From contig LT649332.1 of the NCBI GenBank assembly GCA_900128395.1, positions 1 through 36,803 on the forward strand: a stretch of 36,803 nucleotides of DNA, in the 5' to 3' direction. Below the pieces are notes generated by a model. It was not told the DNA's origin. It saw only the letters and a list, made by a program, of their open reading frames with translations, and ran no database searches. This document shows positions 20,946 through 31,300 of this stretch, in pieces; position 1 is the stretch's first letter, and every line of letters begins with the position of its first letter. The position numbers and the translations under genes were made by a program. This stretch comes from Stramenopiles sp. TOSAG23-2 (lineage: Eukaryota).

Positions 20946-21436
20946 ATACACTTAATGAACATATTGCAACGGAAGAAGCAAATAGATGTAGTAAAAGTAC
21001 TAAGTGTTGGAAATGTATATCAGATGATATATGCGCATGGTGCACAAATGGTGATGCGGATGGATTGTGTATTTATAAAAGTCAACGAATGCAATTGTGT
21101 GATGGAATGAAAGATAATTTTATAACGCGTGGCTATGGGTGTCCAAATAGTGTATTAGATGGTGGAAGTGCTGGTCCAAAACAGGAAAAAGGTTTTGGTA
21201 CATCAAATAGGACGGAAAATATGAAAAAATTTAAAGAAAGAACTAAGAGAATATATGAAAAATCATTAAAATCAAGAATTAGAAATGCTTTATTAAATGG
21301 TATAAATCTTGCGAATAATGCTAAAATCAAAGAAAAATATATTGACAAGAAAATAGAAGAGGCAGTAGAATTATTTGATCCATTACCAGTTCCCCAACCA
21401 ATTATCGATGCTATTAAAGGTGTCGTAGGAGAGTGA
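20840..21436 (+). CDS. Small secreted or membrane-anchored PSI (plexin-repeat)-domain protein
   Basis: Hydrophobic N-terminus, then CSKSTKCWKCISDDICAWC..GLC..C..CP, which follows the PSI cysteine pattern including CxWC. Basic helical C-terminus. Confidence 0.65.
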   Translation: MMARTVPSIMSMPLLLLYIFSFIIINNNNIFIVLSDTLNEHIATEEANRCSKSTKCWKCISDDICAWCTNGDADGLCIYKSQRMQLCDGMKDNFITRGYGCPNSVLDGGSAGPKQEKGFGTSNRTENMKKFKERTKRIYEKSLKSRIRNALLNGINLANNAKIKEKYIDKKIEEAVELFDPLPVPQPIIDAIKGVVGE

Positions 21437-21803
21437 AAAAAATATGGTGTGTGTATTTTTTAAAAATTACGAGTTCGGTATTATTATTATTTTTCTCTTT
21501 TATAATAATTTTTACATTTTTTTTAAAAAAAATAAATTTTGAGAATTTTTTATATTTAAAAAGAGAATTTTTTATATAATATATATTTTTTTATAAAGAG
21601 TGAAAAAAATATGGTGTGTGTATTTTTTAAAAATTACGAGTTCGGTATTATTTTTCTCTTTTTAATAATTTTACCAGGTACATTTTTTTAAAAAATAAAT
21701 TTTGTGAGAGATATAATTTAAAAAGAGTAAGAGAATTTTTTATATACTCGTATATATATATTTAAAAAGAGAATTTTTTATATAATATATATTTTTTTAT
21801 AAA
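21430..21803 (+). repeat. Imperfect duplication of the PSI gene stop and 3' region
   Basis: AGAGTGAAAAAAATATGGTGTGTG..TTACGAGTTCGGTATTATT at ~21430 and ~21597; TATATTTAAAAAGAGAATTTTTTATATAAT.. at ~21551 and ~21757. Confidence 0.85.
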
Positions 21804-21862
21804 ATAAATATTTAATTTTAACACACCCACGGCGCATTTATTCTTTTTCTAGGCACTCTCTC

Positions 21863-22122
21863 TACACTCCATCAATCAATATTCCTTTCCATTAACAAAT
21901 ACATGAAGTATTTTAAAATTATTATCAAGGCATATTAAATCACCATATTTTCCTTTTGCAATTGAACCAGTTTTATTATAAATACGTGTTATTACACTCC
22001 ATCAATCAATATTCCTTTCCATTAACAAATACATGAAGTATTTTAAAATTATTATCAAGGCATATTAAATCACCATATTTTCCTTTTGCAATTGAACCAG
22101 TTTTATTATAAATACGTGTTAT
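21863..22122 (+). repeat. Exact tandem duplication (2 x 130 bp) covering the nagA 3' end
   Basis: TACACTCCATCAATCAATATTCC...ATACGTGTTAT at 21863-21992 and 21993-22122. Confidence 0.95.
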
Positions 22123-23767
22123 CTTAGCTGGATTACCACTCAATAATCTACTTGCATCAATTATACTTAACTTAAATTTTTGTAATAAATGTAAAAACGT
22201 AGTATAAAGTGTTGCGCAACTACCACATAATATACCATTTTCATCTACAACCGTTTTACCTTCTTTATCAACAAATGCTTTTCTTACATCACCATATGTT
22301 AATTCCATTGATGGACATGCATCAGCAATGGCATCAGTAATAAAACATACGTTTCCATGTTTACCATTTTCATGCGTATCTAAGACAGATTGGATTAATA
22401 AAGGATTCAAATGCATCATATCACCAATAAGCTCAATTGTTGGAAGTTTTGCATATGTATGCATGTTGTATTTTTCTGCAATAAATGCCGGTAATTTTTT
22501 TAAAAATGCAAGATTTGCTAATCCAACATTTCTATGATGAAATTTTTGGACATTAAATACATGTGTACTGTGGAAATTATAATTTTGATCTCTTAATGGA
22601 ATATTTAAAATGTTAAATATTTGATCCTCGTTACAATCTTTATCATGACCTAATGAAACAATAATATTTCTATCGATTAATGATTGGATATGTTCAAAAG
22701 AAGAAGAAGATGATGATGATGATGATGCTGTTGAGTCATCATTATTATTAGACCAAGAGACAGATTTTTTAACTCTCTTGTCTTTATCATTATTAAGTTT
22801 ATTTGTTGTTATTACACAGTTGGCACACGTAAAACAGCGTATATCATCATCATCATCGTTGTTGTTGTTTACATTTTGACAATCTAGTACAACGCCAGCA
22901 TCAGCACTTGGTGAAATGGTCATGATTCTTAAACATGGGCCTATACTATCTAAAAATGAATTAAACTTTTCTATGGGCCATTTTTTTTGTATTGAAGAAT
23001 CAGGTAATCCACCACGTGTTTGAATAATTGGACCTTCGCAATGCTTTTGTATTATGATATGAAATGTGTTAGGAAACTAATAAATGCATGGCAATAAAGA
23101 GAAATTTCGATGATGTACAGTAAAAAACACTTACAATCCCTTCAACTCGAGCTCCATAATTATTATTTTTTAAATATAATTCAGAAAGAACTTGACATGC
23201 TTTTAAACTTCGTTTTAACCTTGGAGGATCAGGAAATGTTAAAGTTGCAAACATGCTAGTTACTCCAACTTTATACAATTTACGTAAGGAAAACTCCGGA
23301 TTTGTCCAGTAATCTAATACATCTTTTGCACCACCGAGGCCGTGGTTGTGTATGTCAATAAATCCTGGTATTATATATTCAACACCATTAATTATTTTAT
23401 TATTATTTCTATTAACATTTTTTTTTTCTGTTGAAGTTCGTTTCATACTCGCGAACAGATTTTTGCACTTTTTACATCTTCCTCCAGTAGCCATTTTCAT
23501 AGCACATTTTTTACAATAAATATTTACACACTCGTCACATTGATCAGGGGCAAAAGTAGCTTGATTTTTTTTACAATTATAACATGCATTAAATTTATTA
23601 TTATCATCATATTCATAATATATACCTTTATTAATTTCAATTATTTTACCATCACTTTCTACAATTACATGCCCATTATATAATACCTCATCTTCTAATA
23701 TGATTTGTTTCGCATTGATAATTAATAAATTATTTCGTTTATTTGTTTGCATTGTTATCGATGCCAT
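22006..23767 (-). CDS. nagA: N-acetylglucosamine-6-phosphate deacetylase (NagA/AMDHD2-like), two exons (23767-23135, 23043-22006), ~556 aa, with inserted Cys8 zinc finger
   Basis: PGFIDIHNHG, GI|HCEGP across the splice junction, SLGH, THVFN..HHR, IGD..H, ITDA (catalytic Asp), LCGS..T, NPAK and GSIAKGKYGDL, all in NagA order. Confidence 0.88.
23044..23134 (-). other. Spliceosomal intron (91 nt, phase 0)
   Basis: Minus-strand GTAAGT donor at 23134, CTAAC at 23072-23068, ACAAAAG acceptor ending at 23044. Splicing recreates the conserved G-I-H-x-E-G-P motif. Confidence 0.88.
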
Positions 23768-23842
23768 GTTTCTTGATGTTTGGATATTATATGTCCATCT
23801 TCTACATGTTTCCTTCTTCTATATCAATTATTTTTTTGTATA

Positions 23843-24056
23843 NNNNNNNNNNNNNNNNNNNNNNNNNNNNNNNNNNNNNNNNNNNNNNNNNNNNNNNNNN
23901 NNNNNNNNNNNNNNNNNNNNNNNNNNNNNNNNNNNNNNNNNNNNNNNNNNNNNNNNNNNNNNNNNNNNNNNNNNNNNNNNNNNNNNNNNNNNNNNNNNNN
24001 NNNNNNNNNNNNNNNNNNNNNNNNNNNNNNNNNNNNNNNNNNNNNNNNNNNNNNNN
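23843..24056. other. Assembly gap (214 N)
   Basis: Run of n characters. Confidence 1.
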
Positions 24057-24415
24057 AGTCTGAAGTCTTATAAACTTAAAACACGCACACTATAATTTGT
24101 TGCAACTTTGACTTTAAAGTTTTAGTTATTATGCACGTCTGCCGTCTGCAATAAATATTAATATTAATAGGCAACTTATATTCATCAGACTATAGAAGCT
24201 TTACTTACCACGCTTACACAACAAATTAGGAACTGGAACGTTACCAAAAAAAAAAAAAAAGTACTACTACCGAATAATAATACCGAACCAGGCGAACACA
24301 AATACATATTAACAGTATATTTATAATTATACAAAGAATTATCATACAACGACACTCACAACATATATCGTTTCAATAAAACTTTTAACGAATCATCATA
24401 CCGTTATTTACAACA

Positions 24416-24817
24416 ATGTCTACATATGAAGAAGAAGATGAAAATGATGTTTCATTGACGGAAGACGAAATTGAAGAACTTATGGTTCAAGTAAATCGTC
24501 AAGTTGCGAAAAAATTAAAACAAAGAGACGAACAATTATTAAGTTTGCAGAAAACAATGACAGGCTTTATGAAATCTGTAAGATTGTTATCAACTGCAAC
24601 AAAAGATGCTGTAAAAAAAAGATCGCCTGAAAGACAACCACAAACAAACAACTACATCAGTCCATATAAACAACAAAATTTAAGTCCATCTAAAGAAAAA
24701 AATCAAGACAAGAAAAAAGAATATGCATACCAATCACCATATAGACAGCGCTCGACCCATCCTCCTGTAGTACAAATTTCGCAAAGAAATGATGCATTTT
24801 TTTCAAATGATTATTAA
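24416..24817 (+). CDS. Hypothetical 133-aa protein: acidic N-terminus, coiled coil, S-P-x-K/R-rich tail
   Basis: ATG in A-rich context (ACAACAATG), protein-like composition, and a downstream region with the same 3' motifs as other genes here. No family recognised. Confidence 0.65.
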   Translation: MSTYEEEDENDVSLTEDEIEELMVQVNRQVAKKLKQRDEQLLSLQKTMTGFMKSVRLLSTATKDAVKKRSPERQPQTNNYISPYKQQNLSPSKEKNQDKKKEYAYQSPYRQRSTHPPVVQISQRNDAFFSNDY

Positions 24818-25319
24818 AAAGCAATTTTGTATAAAGTAAAAGTGTGTGTGTGTGTGTGTGGTTTTGTACATGTATACGCACGCAAATGTATATAATATAG
24901 AAATTGTTATTATACGAAAGCATGATATGTATATTTATATTTCGTAATGTTTTTTGTACCACGAGAGGTAAAAAGAGGTTCATACGAGAGAGGAAAAGTA
25001 CATAAAATAATGTGTTCTTTTGTGAGCGTAAAAAATGATATCATAGTGCCAGCAGAGTGCCCTGATGCATACGAACCGTATCATATTACGACGAAGTAAT
25101 ATATATTATATAGGTATATATATATATATATGATATTATATATAAAGAGACATTGGTATATATCATATAATTATATATACGAGTTCGTGTATATATTTTA
25201 CGATTTCGTATCATATGTCATATATCATACGATTCGTATTAATTATATATGAAAAATATTAAAAAAAAAATTATTTTATAAAATAAAAAGTACATCATGC
25301 GAAGTTTTTCCACCTTGAC

Positions 25320-28300
25320 TCAAACGACACTTATTTCGTTCAAACAATTCAATCGATAAAATTGCCATTCTTTTCCGCGTTGGAATTGGATACTTTCTTC
25401 TGTACGACGCTTTGCTTGGGCTATTTTACCTTGTACATCACCATTTTTCACTATTGCTTTTCCTTTTTCGTTATTATTGACAATAGCATGTACAACTGCA
25501 GCAGCATGAGCAGCAGTTTGCAATTGCGTGTCAGTATTATCATCAACTAATTTATTTACAATTTTGTTCAAGACTTGTGGATTGGATGTAAAATATGCTT
25601 TATTTGTCTTCACCAAAGCAATATTTCTCATCAGTAACATCGTTTTCGGTTTTTCAAATGCTTTTCTAAATACGCAATCCATCGTTTGTTTGTGCTTTCC
25701 AACCACTTCGCTACCATATTTAGTCGTCGATATGCGTATTAACATGTTGATTACATTTTCAAAACGAACGTTTTTATCTTTTATAATTTGTCGTTTTGTT
25801 TGTTGTGACAAAATAGTTGATGGTATAACAATCAAACCTGGCATATTCGCATTTTTACTGTTGCTATTACCAGTTGGGGAATTCGGGCGCGAATTGTTCG
25901 GTGTGGAACGTGGTGATACGCCTCTACTAATTGTACCGGTACGAATCATGCTATTATTTTTAGACAATATTTTTTCTAACAAAGAAAAGTTTTTATCAAA
26001 AAATCCGGATCGAACAATAAGCTTCAACGTTTTAGGATTTGAAATAGCAGCATTAGATACAATCCCATAGCAGATTCTCATCATTTCCCACACTTTTTTT
26101 GCATCGTAATTGTTTGGGGCGACGTAATGTCCAAAGAAAATAGCTAGCTCTGTCACTTTTTGTATAATTTTCTTGAATTGATTATGCGTATTATTTCTTG
26201 ATACACTGTTCTTTTTTACTTTGTACGAGCTGACTCCATTCTTATTTTTATCCATTTGCAAATTTTTAATCAAATTTCCACCTGTAGATAAAGTATTAAT
26301 TAGCACTCCAAGAATTTTACCTAATAAACTAGTCGGTTCCATAAATGCTGTACTAACTTCACGTGCATCGGCATATGTCAAATTTTTCATAATGACACGA
26401 AGTCCACCATGCTTCCACGCATATGTATTTGCGCTTGAAGAGCGATAAATAATACTTTCAAAAATTCCAAAACATCCCATTGCTTGTGCATTTAAAACCA
26501 ATTCACGATGCGTCGTTAATTTGCTTTTAGTCTTTTTTGATATAGACTTATTATTCATTGTTTCCAATACCATCAAATCATGCAATTCATCAATTCTATT
26601 TAATACAAAATCAAACAAACCGGAACGTAAGCATTCTTCTTTGAAATATATACTTCTTTCTAACAAGGCCCTGATACCATAGATCAATGCAACATTATCT
26701 TGCTGTGATGGTGGGATCGTTTGCTCCCAAGAAACAAATATTTTTGAATTATTATTATTATTTCTACCAGATCCCAAATTATCATTAAAGCCTAAATCAA
26801 TAGCTGAATGACGATTTAGATAAAATTCAATCATGGTTTTTAATATCGATGATCCTTCAGGTGTTTCAGAATATCCATTATTATTAACATCGCTGCCATT
26901 TGCAACATGTGGTCGTTTCCCTAAATATGCATCTGACAACAACAGTGCCCACTGATTGCTGGTTACAACTGTTGACAATAAAATAGAACTTGCAAAACGT
27001 AGCTCATCTGGGGCATCGGTGCCCAGGCAGAACTCTAAACTTTTTTCGAATTGATTTGTTAAAGACATTGATGCTTTACTATTCATATTATTATTATTTA
27101 TTGGGCATTTTGCACCTTTTGATATTTCATTTACCAACGTCAAAATGGTTTGTATCAACGTAAATTTGTCCGGTTTCGACATTGTTATTGCTATAGATGG
27201 ATTGTTCATGAAAAAGTATTTACGTGAGAAAGCAAAGAAATGTTCCAACGTATTAGCAACCAGCGGGCTCATATCTTCAAGCTGATTTTCGCAAAAAGAA
27301 GGATTAATTTGTAAACTACGTTTGGCTAAATGCATGATTAAACCACCACACGCAGTTGATGTACCAGAGTACAAGTTGCGCCAAACGTTGTAAATATCAT
27401 TCAAAGTAGCCTTGGATAGAGCACCACGGTCGCTATTATTTGCGTTGCGTCTACGTACATTCTTATCAGCATTGAACGTGTATCCATGGTTATGAAATGA
27501 GGCTTCTATATCTTGCGGTATGTCTATAGTCACGTACCCAGCATTAGCTGCATTTGCGTAGTTTCGCTCTATATTTCTAATGTAACCATCCCAATGTGTA
27601 CGTGGATTGATCATTTCTAGCAAAGGTTGCCATAGATCATAATTGTTAATTCGGTTGGCAAGCCATTCATCATCCAATCCTTCTAACATTCCAAATGCAC
27701 CATCGAGAGTCACCAGCAATTGTGCAATCGAGTTTGACAAAGCACATGAAGATAATGCTTCATTCGATAGCACTTCTGATAAGCCTTGTAGCACATTTAA
27801 TGCTACGAAGGATTGTAATCCTAAATTTTTCTCTGCATTGAAATCGATGCTAGTAGAATTTTGTGCCATGCACGCAAATATAAAATAGCTACGGACTACA
27901 TGCATCGCGCTAGCTCTGACAACAAATGGCTCTTTTCTATCCATTGCACATGTCCAACTTTGTTGTATTATTTTTGGTACGGAATCATGAACTGGCTCCT
28001 TAGCTAACATTTCATTATCATATTGTTTCGAAAAGATTTGAGTGATTATATTGTAACCACATACGCGAACATAAACTTCATGATCTATTAATAATCTTCG
28101 ACACCATGTAAAATCTACTCCAACATCAAAGCCTAGCCCCGCTATTTGTTCAATTCCTAATACGGCTTCCCTAAATACGGCCCGCCCAATAAAAGAGCTT
28201 GGAAGTTGATGAACTTGCGCTATTTGTACAAACAAGCTTGTTATCGCATTTAATGGGGTGACCAGTCGACTTAGATCACCGTTACTGTTGCTAATTCCAG

Positions 28301-31300
28301 AAATCATTCCATTTAAAATTGCAACGCAAATTCTAACCGTTCCTAAATCTTTGTGGTTGCATAACGCAATATGATGGGCTAATATGGACATTAAATTTGT
28401 TTCAAACAATAATGAATACTTCAATTCTTGCTGTGTTTTCATATCTTTCTCATTCTTATTATTTTTACTATAACACAGTGCCAAAGTAAGCTCTAAAATA
28501 CTTTTCACTAATGCTTGTCTTTCGACTGTATGATAAGAGCTATTTGCATTTTTCACACCATCTAAGAAATTCTTCGACAATCCATAACCAGCTCCACGCA
28601 ACATTTCAATCATGGTACCTGGAATTTTTAACTTGTTTTTATTTGATTGCCCATAATTCAATTTGTTCTTATTGTTGCCACGTTGCAAGTAAACTGAAAG
28701 CAAAGGTACTAATCTATCCCGTAAAGCAATCAATGCCATAATTTTCGCAGAAGAATTCATCGATGATGCCATCTTCGTAATGCATTTAACTACTTTAGAC
28801 AATAGCAATTCATCTTTGCGACTAGATGGAGACGTTTCTAAAAATCGGCGAAAGGTTTCGTACCACGTAGCCCGAGATGCATTTTCTAATAAATACTCAT
28901 TAATCTCACAATTGTAATAAAACTTTTCAAGTGCATCTGTACAGCTTCTATGGGATGAACTCGTGCTAATATCGTTTAATAATTCTATTGCCAATGAGAT
29001 AGTCGAAGCACTATCACGCATTTCATCTGACGTTCGATCCGTCACAATCAATCGTTGAACACTAGCATTTACCATCTTTTGTATAATTCGATTAGGTTCA
29101 AAGCCTAATTTCCAATGATCCAGTGTTGAATTTACACTTTTAAAATGAAAAATATTTACATTTAAAACATCCATCAATTTATCTAATGGAAACATCGTAT
29201 TTATAGCATTTGGCATTTTCAAAGGCTCCAGTTGTTTTAACCCAACAGGTGAATCACTCGCATAGATTTTCCCTTCATCTTTGTCCACGATTTTAGACAA
29301 AATTTCTACATTTTTTATTTCGCTTTTCGAACATGAATGGGTTCTAACAATGTAGCAAAATAAATCATTTGGTTGAAAGCATAATTGTGCAAAGATTGAT
29401 AACGTAAGAGCAACAAATGTACGGTTGGAATGGAAGATAAATGCTGATAGCACAATAAGATTATGCATGCACATATTATCAGAAACACTATTTGAAAACC
29501 CACTGCCAGTCGATGATGAAAACAAGCGCTCGGATAACTCTATACTTTGCGTTGTACAGACGTAAATCACCTGTAAAGCAGCGAAGTGTTCTATTTCATT
29601 ATTGCCAGCAAGCCTATCGATACAGATTTTACACAGCAAACCAAGCATATTTGCATCTTTTTCCATGCATCCATCTACGACACGTTTGTCGCTCAAAATC
29701 GATGCACATTGGATAGCACCAGTTTTCCAAACATCGCCTTGGGTAGAAGCAGTTGATAATAGATCCGTGAAGCGGGATATGTCATCAACGGCAAATGCTA
29801 CACTTGCTGCAGAAAATCCATCTTGCAAACAATCGACATTTTCAAGCGGTCTGTCGCCATCCGTGCAAACTGAAACAGGATCTTCAATGAATTTATCTCT
29901 AGTATTGGACAAAGTTTCTGATGAATTTAAGAATCTATTTGATTTACGAATCAAATCCCTCAACTCAATGGATGCTGTGTGTCGTACCCATTTTTCACAA
30001 TGCAATAACTTTCGTACAAGATGCAAGGTAACGGAAGCCCTAGATTGTTGCGTAGGAAATAATCCGATCAATGCAACCGCTTCTGGTAAACTGCTTTGTA
30101 CCGCAGTTTTACCACCAGAATAACCAACGTTATGGTCCTCGTCTCTAGCGTAACCGCCACCTCTAGAATCATGATATGCATATGCTTGTAAATACAACTG
30201 GAAAGGTGCCAATGCATTTACTGCTGCAGATGGAAATTTCATAGCACGTACGATAACATTTCGCATAAATGTTATAGCAAAAGTTTGCACAGAGTCATTA
30301 ATGGAAGTCATACCATGTGCGAATGTTTCATATAACACTTCGGGGTTTAATGCTATACAAAATAATGTTTTCTTCATAAAGCTTGCATCTCCAACTAATT
30401 CGTTAGAAGCAAAAGTTAAATTGCCATCTAATGCAACTGTTAATTGTGAATAAGTTTCACTTTGTATTTCTCTTTGTGGGTGTGACAGCAGCTTTAACAA
30501 TAAATTCATGGCAAGTTGATATTCTTTCCCACTTTCATCTGCAATAATTTCTTGACGGCCATCATCTTCAGAAGATATTAAACGCCCTAATCCAATCGAA
30601 AGTCCAATGATTTGTGAAACTATCATTGGTACATCGCTAATATTTTCAAACTTATACTGCAATGCAGTTATACTATCTTGAAGAAAATCGAATCGTTCTT
30701 TTAAATATTGGTTATTTGTTGAAATTTCGTTACCGGATTTCATTGTGTTGATGAGGTTAATTAAGTCATTTCCTTGGTCGTTGTTCGCATTAGATTGGTC
30801 ATTTGTTGCAGACACAACTTCGTCATCCATCTCTAAAACATTTTTCATTCTATTAATAATGCCAATAACTTTGCGACCGTGTAAATATTCTTTATGTGAT
30901 ATTGGATCAAGCACTTGTATAATTGGTAACGTTTTCTGCAAGATGTCTGGTTGAGATGACGAAAGTTTTTCGTTTTGCATAAACATTTTCAATATGCTAA
31001 TCACTTCCGCAGGGACAAATACGTTTGATGACCTTGCACGGTTTTGCTGTATATCGCTTGATTTTCCTGCAGCTATTAATGTTTTTGGTGAAACTAAGCT
31101 TAAAATTTGTATCATAATATTGATATCACACAAATGCCCAGTGGTCACATCTGTATTCATACATTTGTTATTATCACTTTCATTGTCATTTTCCTCAAAA
31201 TCATTTAAAAAACGAATTATGCGTGCACTTACAATACGACTTAATGCTTCTAGGCATCGTTCAATTCTTGCACAATCTAACGTCTCGTTTGTAACAACTG

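Noticed and set aside
23700-24095. ORFs spanning the N run
   Set aside because: Artefacts of translating through the assembly gap.
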